From a virus (lineage: Duplodnaviria; Heunggongvirae; Uroviricota; Caudoviricetes), in the IMG/VR virus record IMGVR_UViG_3300020576_001727, positions 39,062 through 103,061 of that record: a stretch of 64,000 bases of DNA. One strand, 5' to 3'. Each line of letters opens with the position of its first letter. Position 1 is the stretch's first letter. The position numbers were made by a program, and so were the translations under genes. This document shows positions 46,172-54,608 of this stretch, in pieces. The notes under the pieces are model-generated. The model had not been told where the DNA came from, did no database searches, and worked only from the letters and a program-made list of their open reading frames with translations.

Positions 46172-46824
46172 TGAGTAAATTAATCATCGAAGAAATTAAG
46201 CCGGAATATATCGAAGTCATTACCGAAGAACACAACGGTAAGAAGAATTTCTATATTCAGGGAAAATTCATGCAAGCCGAATGTGTCAACGGAAATCGTC
46301 GCCGCTATCCGCTCGATACCATGCGTAAGGAAGTTGAACGTTACAACAATCTTTATGTCAATGATGGTCGCGCCTATGGTGAATTGAACCATCCGGATTC
46401 TCCAAAAATCAATCTTGATCGCGTGTCTCACCTGATCACTTCCTTGAAACAGGAAGGTAACGATTTTGTCGGGAAGGCTCGTATTCTCGATACTCCAATG
46501 GGAACAATTGTTCAAAAAATCATGGAAGGCGGCGGCAAGTTGGGAGTATCCAGTCGAGGCGTCGGTTCCGTGAGAGAAGATCGCGGAATCTTTGTTGTTC
46601 AGGAGGATTTCAGATTGGCAACCGCTGCCGATATCGTTTCCGAACCATCCGCGCCCGAAGCTTTCGTCCAAGGAATTATGGAAGGAAAGAATTGGGTTTG
46701 GGAAGCTGGACTCTGGAAAGAAGAAACCTTGGCTAAGGTCAAGAAAAACATTCAAGAAGCAAAAAAAGCCGAGTTGGAAGATGTATTACTTCGCCAATTC
46801 AGTAAATTAATGTCGAAATTCTAA
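46168..46824 (+). CDS. gp21: Prohead protease
   Basis: GELNHPD, LGVSSRG.GS, ADIVSEPSAP.AFV.GIMEG..W. Confidence 0.96.
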   Translation: MMSKLIIEEIKPEYIEVITEEHNGKKNFYIQGKFMQAECVNGNRRRYPLDTMRKEVERYNNLYVNDGRAYGELNHPDSPKINLDRVSHLITSLKQEGNDFVGKARILDTPMGTIVQKIMEGGGKLGVSSRGVGSVREDRGIFVVQEDFRLATAADIVSEPSAPEAFVQGIMEGKNWVWEAGLWKEETLAKVKKNIQEAKKAELEDVLLRQFSKLMSKF

Positions 46825-46828
46825 AACC

Positions 46829-46836
46829 TATAAATA
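46829..46836 (+). promoter_or_regulatory. Late promoter for gp22-23
   Basis: Exact TATAAATA, followed by an AAGGAG SD. Confidence 0.8.
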
Positions 46837-46860
46837 TGCAGAAACAAGGAGTTATATAAT

Positions 46861-48090
46861 ATGGCGAAAGAACAAGTCACTTTGGCGGAAGCTGCTGCCG
46901 AAATCCTAAAGGCAAGTATTTCTAAAGCACCTAAAGAAGGTCCAAAGAAACTTCCGGGCGAAATCGATGACACTGGCGAGGCAATTGTTACACCTACTGC
47001 CGGTGGAAAAGACTATGCCAAGAAAGTAAAGAAAGACAAGTCTGAACCAACAGATCATCAGTCGGCACCAGAAGGTCCAAAGAAGCTTCCTAAAGGCTCT
47101 ATTCCAGAAGAAAAGATCACAGTCAACGTCGATAAGGACGGGGACGATGATGATGATTCCGAGGATGACAACAAGGGCAAGAAGGACAAGATCACTGTTG
47201 ACGGCAACAACGCCAAGGACGGGGAACCGGACGAAGACGATAAAAACGATTCCGGGGATGATGATGAATCGGATGATGACGAAGACGATAACAAGAATCC
47301 ATTCAAGAAAGAAGAACGCCGTTCTCTAGCAAATGTTCTTGAAAATGAAATCGAATTCGACGTTTCCGAAGATATTAAGGCTATGTTCAAGGGAACAACT
47401 CTTTCGGAAGACTTCAAAGCCAAGGCTACTACCATTTTCGAAGCTGCTGTAGTTCGCAAGATCAAGGAAGTCCAGCAAAAACTAGCTGAAGAATATGACA
47501 ATATTCTTGGTGAAGAAATCGAATCTATTGAAGCCGATCTTTCAGAACAGCTTGACGATTTTGTCAAGGTTGTCGCTTCCGATTGGTTGGAAGAAAACAA
47601 GGTTCCTCTTGAAAATTCTCTAAGAACAGAACTTACAGAAGACTTCATCGAAGGTCTGAAGAACTTGTTTGCAGAACATTATATCGATATTCCTGACAGC
47701 AAAATTGATGTCGTTTCTGAAATGACAGAAGAAAATAATCAGTTGAAATCTCAACTAGATGAAGAATTTGCTGAAAAAATCGAAACTTATAAATACATTA
47801 CAGAGTTGGAAAAGACTATTGTTTTGGGTGAAGCAATCCGAGAAAACAACCTAACTCTTGCACAGGAAGAAAAGATCAAGGAACTTGCTGAAGAAGTCAA
47901 GTATGAAAATCCTGATAAGTTTGCTGCAAAGATCGGAACATTGATCGAAAGCTACTTCAAGGATGATGTTAAGACTGAAAACAAGCAAGCTCTAAGTGAA
48001 GAAGCCGACTTTGGAACAGAAGAAGTTACCCACGATGCAAATATCAATGCATTGAGTCTGGCACTTTCTAGATATTCCCGAAACAAATAA
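46861..48090 (+). CDS. gp22: Prohead scaffolding protein
   Basis: LSEDFKAKATTIFEAAV, WL.EN...E..LR.ELTE.F..GLK.LF.EHYI..P. Confidence 0.92.
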   Translation: MAKEQVTLAEAAAEILKASISKAPKEGPKKLPGEIDDTGEAIVTPTAGGKDYAKKVKKDKSEPTDHQSAPEGPKKLPKGSIPEEKITVNVDKDGDDDDDSEDDNKGKKDKITVDGNNAKDGEPDEDDKNDSGDDDESDDDEDDNKNPFKKEERRSLANVLENEIEFDVSEDIKAMFKGTTLSEDFKAKATTIFEAAVVRKIKEVQQKLAEEYDNILGEEIESIEADLSEQLDDFVKVVASDWLEENKVPLENSLRTELTEDFIEGLKNLFAEHYIDIPDSKIDVVSEMTEENNQLKSQLDEEFAEKIETYKYITELEKTIVLGEAIRENNLTLAQEEKIKELAEEVKYENPDKFAAKIGTLIESYFKDDVKTENKQALSEEADFGTEEVTHDANINALSLALSRYSRNK

Positions 48091-48120
48091 GTCAATTAAG
48101 AATAATAATAGGAGACAAAA

Positions 48121-49464
48121 ATGTATCTTAATGAAGCACTAGAAAAGAAGTGGGCACCGATTCTGGACCACAAAGACCAGAACTCAATCAAAGACCCATA
48201 TCGCCGTGCGGTTACTGCAATCTGCCTAGAAAACCAGATGAAGAATGGTTTCCAAGGTTCGGTTCTTAACGAAGCTGCACCAACCAACTCTGTCGCATCC
48301 GGTGGTGTCCAGAACTACGATCCTATCATGATTTCCATGATTCGTCGTGCTTTGCCGAACTTGATGGCATATGACGTTTGCGGTGTTCAGCCGATGACAG
48401 GTCCAACCGGGCTTATCTTCGCAATGCGTTCCCGTTACACCAACATGAGCGGAACCGAAGCATTGTTCAACGAAGCTGATACTTTGTTCTCTGCTGCTAA
48501 TGCTGGACAGAACACAGCTAACGTTGGAACTCACGTTGGTTCTGACCCTGTTTCCAACACTGCAAATGCCAGCGCATATACAGTCGGTAAGGGTATGACA
48601 ACTGCACAGGGCGAAGCTCTTGGAGACGCCGGAAACAACGCATTTGCTGAAATGGCAATGAGCATTGAACGAGTTTCCGTTACTGCACGCGAACGCGCTC
48701 TAGCAGCTAACTACTCGCTTGAAATTGCACAAGACTTGAAGGCAATTCATGGTCTTGATGTTGAAACCGAATTGGCAAACATTCTTTCGAATGAAATGCT
48801 TGCTGAAATCAACCGTGAAGTTGTTCGTCATATCTATCGTTCGGCTACAGTCGGCGCACAGACAGGAACAACTACCGCTGGTATCTTCGACCTAGACACT
48901 GACTCCGGTGGACGTTGGATGGTTGAAAAGTTCAAGGGTATGGTATTCCAGTTCGAACGTGAAGCCAACGCAATTGCTCGTGCAACCCGTCGCGGAAAGG
49001 GTAACATCGTTATCGTTTCTTCGGACGTTGCATCCGCTCTAGCTCTTGCTGGTGTTCTTGATTACACTCCTGCATTGCTTGCACAGACCAACCTAACCGT
49101 TGATGACACTGGCAACACATTTGCCGGAACAATGAACGGTGGAAGAACTAAGGTTTACATCGATCCTTACTACGGTGGTTCGATCAATGGTAACGAACTT
49201 GCCGTTGTTGGTTACAAGGGAACTTCCGCGTTTGACGCTGGTTTGTTCTATTGCCCATACGTTCCTCTTCAGATGGTTCGTGCTGTTGACTCCGGTTCGT
49301 TCCAGCCTCGTATCGGGTTCAAGACTCGTTACGGAATGGTCGCAAACCCATACGCAACTTCCAACGCAACCGGCGCTGTCGGTGCTAGAACCGACGCAAA
49401 CGGTGTCGCTACAGGTGACGCTAACATTTACTACAGAATTTTCCTTATCAAGAATCTTCTATAA
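48121..49464 (+). CDS. gp23: Major capsid protein
   Basis: RRA.PNLMAYD.CGVQPMTGPTGLIFAMRS, ELAQDL-type EIAQDLKAIHGLD.E.EL.NIL, YCPYVPL, SFQPRIGFKTRYG. Confidence 0.98.
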   Translation: MYLNEALEKKWAPILDHKDQNSIKDPYRRAVTAICLENQMKNGFQGSVLNEAAPTNSVASGGVQNYDPIMISMIRRALPNLMAYDVCGVQPMTGPTGLIFAMRSRYTNMSGTEALFNEADTLFSAANAGQNTANVGTHVGSDPVSNTANASAYTVGKGMTTAQGEALGDAGNNAFAEMAMSIERVSVTARERALAANYSLEIAQDLKAIHGLDVETELANILSNEMLAEINREVVRHIYRSATVGAQTGTTTAGIFDLDTDSGGRWMVEKFKGMVFQFEREANAIARATRRGKGNIVIVSSDVASALALAGVLDYTPALLAQTNLTVDDTGNTFAGTMNGGRTKVYIDPYYGGSINGNELAVVGYKGTSAFDAGLFYCPYVPLQMVRAVDSGSFQPRIGFKTRYGMVANPYATSNATGAVGARTDANGVATGDANIYYRIFLIKNLL

Positions 49465-49495
49465 TCAAAAGAATAGGGACAACCTATCGAAATTG

Positions 49496-49525
49496 GAGGC
49501 GGCTTTCGGGTCGCCTCTTTTTTTT
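49496..49525 (+). terminator. Intrinsic terminator after gp23
   Basis: GAGGCGGCT-TTCG-GGTCGCCTC followed by T8, with a UUCG loop. Confidence 0.9.
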
Positions 49526-49530
49526 ATGGC

Positions 49531-49559
49531 TTGACAATCCCGACTCATTCCCCTATTAT
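49531..49559 (+). promoter_or_regulatory. Early promoter immediately after the gp23 terminator
   Basis: TTGACA (49531-49536), N17, TATTAT (49554-49559). Confidence 0.8.
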
Positions 49560-49585
49560 CCAACCAAACGTATTTCAATGGGTGA

Positions 49586-49930
49586 ATGATGAATAAAGTG
49601 ATAGAAACCCCACATACTTCCTGTGGAATTGGTTATATTCCCGGTAATATGTTGAAATATGATAGAGAAAACAATCTCCTGATTGGAGAAAGAGAAGCTT
49701 TACCAAATTGCTTGCGTAGCAAAATTTACATACAAAGCCCTGTTTCTCTCTCTTCGAAAGAATTTAATTATCGCTGTCAATACGATATATCAAAGAATTC
49801 ATGGTTCGGGCACGGAGCGAACTCTATTCCACTCGATATTATGAATATAGTTATGGAAATGAAGAGTTTTCCAAGAAAATTCGTTGAAGTTTGGAAATGC
49901 CACAACGAAAATCTTTATTTCATAGCATGA
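49586..49930 (+). CDS. Hypothetical protein, paralogue 1 (IYIQSPVS...F)
   Basis: AT-rich ORF sharing a motif with four neighbours. Confidence 0.6.
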   Translation: MMNKVIETPHTSCGIGYIPGNMLKYDRENNLLIGEREALPNCLRSKIYIQSPVSLSSKEFNYRCQYDISKNSWFGHGANSIPLDIMNIVMEMKSFPRKFVEVWKCHNENLYFIA

Positions 49931-49940
49931 AAGACCTGAT

Positions 49941-50246
49941 ATGGAAGAAAAGAAAATTTGGATGAATGGAAACGATTTCCATTGGCATAAACTGCCTAAT
50001 GGAATCAACTTCTTTTTTCCCAAGGAACGAGATGTTTCCATGATCAATAAGACAATCGTTATAGAAAGCCCAAAGAGCGGAAATTCCATAGAATTCATAT
50101 ATATGCAAAAATCAACAGAAATTCATAATTCAAATATTGAAGGATATTTATCAATGCTTGATGAATATCTAGGCAAAGGAAAAAGACAATTTCATTGGTG
50201 GTTGCCGAAGAACGGTTCTTCTTTCAGAATTTTCATGGGTGTTTGA
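49941..50246 (+). CDS. Hypothetical protein, paralogue 2 (IVIESPKSG...F)
   Basis: Shared motif. Confidence 0.6.
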   Translation: MEEKKIWMNGNDFHWHKLPNGINFFFPKERDVSMINKTIVIESPKSGNSIEFIYMQKSTEIHNSNIEGYLSMLDEYLGKGKRQFHWWLPKNGSSFRIFMGV

Positions 50247-50600
50247 ATGAAAATTTTCCATTCAGTTCCATTTAACGGCGTGCATTTCGGCAATCCAGAC
50301 ATGACTATTGGAGGAAGCAATTCGAGGTTGAAATATGATAGTTTCAATCAATATTTCTTTTATCATAATGCTTTGGTGCAAGAATATGCATATGTTCATA
50401 TCAAAAGTCCCAAGACAACTGCTTTCAAATCGTTCAAAAGTCTCGAAAGAAAGAAAATTCAAGACTTGGAATCATATCGTTTTGGAAATATATTAAAGCA
50501 ATTCGATTATGGATTGAATATCAATATCTTCTCTGATATGGAAAAAGATTCGAATTGGCTGTTTATTCTAATACGAGAAAAAATGACATTGGAGTTTTGA
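50247..50600 (+). CDS. Hypothetical protein, paralogue 3 (VHIKSPKT...F)
   Basis: Shared motif. Confidence 0.6.
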   Translation: MKIFHSVPFNGVHFGNPDMTIGGSNSRLKYDSFNQYFFYHNALVQEYAYVHIKSPKTTAFKSFKSLERKKIQDLESYRFGNILKQFDYGLNINIFSDMEKDSNWLFILIREKMTLEF

Positions 50601-50601
50601 A

Positions 50602-51312
50602 ATGAGAATTATTGGCGGACATGATTACTATGACAGTGCAATGGCTTTCGGGCGTGATACCGAAACCATTTTCGTTCGTCATAAGAAGGATTCCAACAAA
50701 CAGAAATTGGGTTGGATGACGGCTGGTGTTGAAAACGCTCGCCAGATCGACAAGCCTTGGATGCGAGATACCTTCTATTGGCCAATCACTGTCTATTTTT
50801 GCGATACCATCTATCGAGGCGTCTATTATAACGAGTCATTGAGACAAGAGCCTTACTCCGTAAGACATTTCGTCTGGAAAGCCGATGATATCAATATCGA
50901 AAAGCTTGATAAACTCGGGCGATATTTCTTCAGCCGGGAAAGAGAGACTCCTTTCCAGTGGACTCTTAATCAGGATAGTGTGGAGGGATATTTCACTCCT
51001 GAAAAAATGAGTAAATTCGAGATTGATCGGATGATTGACAATCGGATTGCGTTCGCCTATCGCGTTAGAGACGCTTTCAACAAAGGCGATGGGGAATTCC
51101 ATGTCAATGAGGAAGGCTTGAAGGATATCGGTTTTCAGAAAGCCGTCGATCCTTGGACCGCTTTTCAGGAACTTTCCATGTGGATTGGTGGTGTCCTGCC
51201 CAAGTCGGGAAATCCGATGGTCGAAATCGAAGATAACAAGATGAAAATTACCAAGGCTGGCTTTGATGACAAGGTTTCTTTCAGGCATCCAATCAAGATG
51301 GATAGAACATGA
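50602..51312 (+). CDS. Phage hypothetical protein
   Basis: MRIIGG.DYYD...DPWTAFQELSMWIGG...K.GFD.K.SFR pattern. Confidence 0.75.
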   Translation: MRIIGGHDYYDSAMAFGRDTETIFVRHKKDSNKQKLGWMTAGVENARQIDKPWMRDTFYWPITVYFCDTIYRGVYYNESLRQEPYSVRHFVWKADDINIEKLDKLGRYFFSRERETPFQWTLNQDSVEGYFTPEKMSKFEIDRMIDNRIAFAYRVRDAFNKGDGEFHVNEEGLKDIGFQKAVDPWTAFQELSMWIGGVLPKSGNPMVEIEDNKMKITKAGFDDKVSFRHPIKMDRT

Positions 51313-51707
51313 ACGATTTCAATATATTTCAGCAAAAAGCTTTATATAAAGCAGAGTTTGATCATTATTTGATAGACGGAAGCTGTTTTTCTGTCTATCC
51401 AATCTTGGATTGGAATGAACATACTATTGGTCATATGATGTTGATGAAGATCGAATACTTTGGGAACAAAGAATTTCATAAAATATTCCAAAAACACATT
51501 ATCGAAGTAGTAAGCCCAACCACTGGCGATAGAAGAATCTTTCATGGAACTCCAAATGAGTTTTATACAATAGGAAAAAACAACAAATATCCTTTCTTGT
51601 TCGGTGCAATGATTAACCAATTCAAATTCCCAAAGGAACGCAAATTAGCAGTTTGGAAGAATGATAGCATTTACATTATTTATCCAGATGTAGGAGTGTT
51701 GACATGA
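51309..51707 (+). CDS. Hypothetical protein, paralogue 4 (IEVVSPTTG...F)
   Basis: Shared motif, ATGA overlap. Confidence 0.6.
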   Translation: MNDFNIFQQKALYKAEFDHYLIDGSCFSVYPILDWNEHTIGHMMLMKIEYFGNKEFHKIFQKHIIEVVSPTTGDRRIFHGTPNEFYTIGKNNKYPFLFGAMINQFKFPKERKLAVWKNDSIYIIYPDVGVLT

Positions 51708-51862
51708 TAGCAGGAAGCCCATTGATCAGCCTCACATGGCGACGTGTTCCCAAGAAGGTAGCGCTTCGCTTTCGAGAACACACAGAGACACAGACCAAGA
51801 TCGATTTTTTGAAAAATTTGATCGAAAGCGCCAAAAAGGAACTTGACAGCCTGACAGATTGA
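51704..51862 (+). CDS. Hypothetical protein, 52 aa
   Basis: AGGAG SD, ATGA overlap. MIAGSPLISLTW...KKELDSLTD. Confidence 0.55.
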   Translation: MIAGSPLISLTWRRVPKKVALRFREHTETQTKIDFLKNLIESAKKELDSLTD

Positions 51863-51871
51863 GTCTATGTT
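51843..51871 (+). promoter_or_regulatory. Early promoter
   Basis: TTGACA (51843-51848), N17, TATGTT. Confidence 0.7.
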
Positions 51872-51901
51872 CCGAGTGTAATCGAAACCAAGGAGTCATT
51901 C

Positions 51902-52171
51902 ATGTCCTACCTGATCTTCAACGCAGAGACGCGCATCATCGTCAAGGAAGGCTTCAAGACAGAGAAGGGTGCCAAGAACGTCCGGACCCGCCTCCTGAAG
52001 ACCGAACGTTACGCGGGTAAGCTTCTTGAAGTCTGTGATCGCAAGTTCTTTGACGAGCATGTCGAAGAAATGGTCGAGCGCACCAATCTCTTGACCGGCA
52101 AGAAGTATATGGAAGCGCGGAATACGCCTTCCTGCTGCTCGCCTTCCAGCGAATCGTATTGGTCGGCTTAA
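51902..52171 (+). CDS. Early phage protein (NLLTGKKY.E..NTP.CCSPSSESYWS motif)
   Basis: AAGGAG SD, recognisable conserved C-terminus. Confidence 0.75.
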   Translation: MSYLIFNAETRIIVKEGFKTEKGAKNVRTRLLKTERYAGKLLEVCDRKFFDEHVEEMVERTNLLTGKKYMEARNTPSCCSPSSESYWSA

Positions 52172-52731
52172 AGCTTAATCATTCTAAAGCTACCGTCTGG
52201 CAAATACTGGCGTTTTGTCCCGGTTTTTGCCAGACGCATCTTATCAACACCGGGCTGGTGAATTTTCATCCATTCTTCACCGCGATATACTTTTCTATTT
52301 TTGATTTGTTCTGGCGTCAATTTTCCTGTCCATGTCGATTTTGAAGCAATTTTTCGTTTATGTTCTGTTGTAAATTTTCTGCCCTTTAGCTTTTGGCTTA
52401 TGGCTTGTTTCGTTTCGGCAGAATGTTGACCAGAAAATGTAAATTTTTTTCCTCCATTGTGTCGATTCAACCAAAGTGGATTATCCTTTGCTTTAATTTT
52501 AGTTAGGAATTTTGTCTCCCAACGAAGAGCGCCCTCTCTAGTTTCAAACACACGTCTGACTTGATATGAAAAAACCTCTTTACCTTCATCTTCTATCATT
52601 TTTTTGATAATTTTAGAGGAAGAAAAATATGAAATCCACAGTTGACTTGGATCAGCATTTTTGCTAATACGTATACCGTAGTATCGTTTGCCGGAAGGCT
52701 TATGAGTTAGGACATATGAAAATGGTTTCAT
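52168..52731 (-). CDS. GIY-YIG (Seg-like) homing endonuclease with NUMOD3 repeats
   Basis: FSYVLTHKPSGKRYYGIR...YFSSS...F.YQVRRVF...ALRWE.K.L...WLN, HSAETKQAIS, TTEHKRKIA. Confidence 0.85.
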   Translation of the reverse strand: MKPFSYVLTHKPSGKRYYGIRISKNADPSQLWISYFSSSKIIKKMIEDEGKEVFSYQVRRVFETREGALRWETKFLTKIKAKDNPLWLNRHNGGKKFTFSGQHSAETKQAISQKLKGRKFTTEHKRKIASKSTWTGKLTPEQIKNRKVYRGEEWMKIHQPGVDKMRLAKTGTKRQYLPDGSFRMIKL

Positions 52732-52736
52732 ACATC

Positions 52737-52744
52737 TATTTATG
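52737..52744 (-). promoter_or_regulatory. Late promoter, 5 nt before the endonuclease ATG
   Basis: CATAAATA-GATGT-ATG. Confidence 0.6.
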
Positions 52745-52760
52745 TTATTGGAGCATGTGA

Positions 52761-53138
52761 TTGCTGATCTTTTCCAGCGACCTTTTCAGCTATCAACCAG
52801 TGTTGGGAATTTTGGAAACAAATCTCTCAACACTGGTTTTGGCTATGGAAACAGATAGAGATATTTTCAAGTCTCTTAGAGATTTGACCGAATTCTATAT
52901 CCGGTCGGAAAACACCGGCAAGACAATCAAATATCATAACGCTTCATCCGAGATGACGGCGAGGATCGACTTTATATCTTGCTGGCGAATAAATAATCCC
53001 AACACAGGGGTTATTTCATGTCAAACGTTCAACTTGCAACAGATATCCAAGCCAATTTTCTTCAAAAATATCGAATCAATCAAAACCTGCTTGGTTCTTC
53101 CAAGTTCATTTTCATTACCCATAACATGCCGTTCTTGA
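52761..53138 (+). CDS. Hypothetical protein, paralogue 5 (FYIRSENTG...Y); 3' end overlaps gp3
   Basis: GGAG SD 7 nt before TTG 52761 and the shared motif. Overlaps gp3 by 121 nt. Confidence 0.45.
   Translation: MLIFSSDLFSYQPVLGILETNLSTLVLAMETDRDIFKSLRDLTEFYIRSENTGKTIKYHNASSEMTARIDFISCWRINNPNTGVISCQTFNLQQISKPIFFKNIESIKTCLVLPSSFSLPITCRS
52988..53017 (+). promoter_or_regulatory. Late promoter overlapping an SD-sequestering hairpin of gp3
   Basis: AATAAATA (52988-52995). Stem AAATAATCCC (52991-53000) / GGGGTTATTT (53007-53016), then ATG 53018. Confidence 0.7.
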
Positions 53139-53554
53139 ACTATTTTTGCCAATCGATTCAGCTTCCAAGCGTTTCGACCTCGCCAGCTATTCAACCGACT
53201 CCATTGGTTAATATTCCAAGAGCCGGGGACAAGATGATTTATGAGCCTTTCACTGTCACCGCATTGATCGATGAAGACCTTCGCATGTGGGAAGAAACCC
53301 ACAACTGGATTCGAGGATTAACGTTTCCCGAAAAGGACTCGGAATATTCCAGACAAAAGAAAATGGGCATCTATCACGATATGCACCTTTTGTTCCTAAA
53401 AAACAGCAACACTGACAATCTGAAAATGAAGTTCATTAAATGCTTTCCTTCTTCGATTTCCTCTGTTAGAATGTCTAGCACAGATGCAGCCGATGTAATG
53501 TTGACTGCTGATATCACCTTTTATTACGATATATTCAATTTTGAGAGAAATTAA
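53018..53554 (+). CDS. gp3: Tail completion / sheath stabiliser
   Basis: NYFCQS..LPS, GDK..YE.F.V....DED...W.E...W, F...FP.S.S, TF.Y..F. Confidence 0.9.
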   Translation: MSNVQLATDIQANFLQKYRINQNLLGSSKFIFITHNMPFLNYFCQSIQLPSVSTSPAIQPTPLVNIPRAGDKMIYEPFTVTALIDEDLRMWEETHNWIRGLTFPEKDSEYSRQKKMGIYHDMHLLFLKNSNTDNLKMKFIKCFPSSISSVRMSSTDAADVMLTADITFYYDIFNFERN

Positions 53555-53997
53555 TGACGTTAGACGAATTGCTAGAAAATTGGGAAACTGATTCGGTTAT
53601 CAGCACCGACTCACAAAAGTTATCCGAAGAATCGACCAAGACAGGTAAACTCCAATCCAAATATGTAAAAATTCGAGCAGAATCCAACATGCGTGCCCGA
53701 AAATACCAAGCCGCTTTCAATGAGCGCAGGGCTTGGAAGCAGCAATATTTTCGGGGTGAATTCAACAATCCCGATGATCTGAAAAAATACAACGTTCCCG
53801 CCTATCGCGGACCCTCTACCAGTATCGAGATAAATAACCTGTTAGAACAAGACAGGGAATTGAACGATATTCTGTTGAAAAAAGCGGTCTATGATGAAAT
53901 GGTCGGGGCTTGTGACTTGATCCTCAAAGAACTTCATAACCGCACATTTGCCATTGGCAGTGCTATTAAATGGAATATCTTCATTAGCGGTGGATGA
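53554..53997 (+). CDS. uvsY: Recombination mediator
   Basis: W..DS.I, KY, Y..G, L.....R.F.I..AI.W..F..G, located before uvsW. Confidence 0.85.
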   Translation: MTLDELLENWETDSVISTDSQKLSEESTKTGKLQSKYVKIRAESNMRARKYQAAFNERRAWKQQYFRGEFNNPDDLKKYNVPAYRGPSTSIEINNLLEQDRELNDILLKKAVYDEMVGACDLILKELHNRTFAIGSAIKWNIFISGG

Positions 53998-54608
53998 CCC
54001 ATAAACTACTAATTAAAACTCATAATAAAACCGGGTTAAAATATCTTTGCTATACTCAAAAAGAAGATCATAACTCGTATCATGGTTCTGGTTTAAGGTG
54101 GAAACGTCATATCAAAAAACATGGATATGACGTTTCCACCTTTTTGATTCTTGAAACAGATGATTTTGAAGTTCTGAAAACCAAAGGACTAGAGTTTAGT
54201 AAATTGTATGATGTTGTCGATTCTAATGAATGGGCGAATATGATTCCAGAATCTGGTGACGGTGGTAGTTCCACAAAAAATACTATATGGATAACTAATG
54301 GAGTAAATGATAAAATAATAAAAAATAATAGAAAAATTCCCGAAGGATGGACAAAGGGGAGAACAAACTGTATTTTTAATGATTCATCTAATCAGAAAAA
54401 ATTCAATTCTATCAAAAATCAAAATTATATCAAAAAAATTAAAGTTAAAAAAGAAAAACAAAAGAAAATTTTAGTTAAAAGAACACATAGTGAAGCGGCG
54501 TTCGAAATATCTAGAAGAATATATATTTGTGAGAATTGTAACAAAAAATGTTTACATCATAATTATCACAAAAAACACGGTAAAAAATGTCAGAAATTAT
54601 TAAATTAA
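53994..54608 (+). CDS. GIY-YIG homing endonuclease
   Basis: KTHNKTGLKYL.YT...Y.GSG.RW.RHIKKHG...WAN.I.E.GDGG, IWITNG...IPEGW.KGR. Very AT-rich. Confidence 0.85.
   Translation: MTHKLLIKTHNKTGLKYLCYTQKEDHNSYHGSGLRWKRHIKKHGYDVSTFLILETDDFEVLKTKGLEFSKLYDVVDSNEWANMIPESGDGGSSTKNTIWITNGVNDKIIKNNRKIPEGWTKGRTNCIFNDSSNQKKFNSIKNQNYIKKIKVKKEKQKKILVKRTHSEAAFEISRRIYICENCNKKCLHHNYHKKHGKKCQKLLN

Noticed and set aside
6822-52171. Convergent genes sharing overlapping stop codons (6822-6825 and 52168-52171)
   Set aside because: This is common in compact phage genomes and gives no evidence of function.
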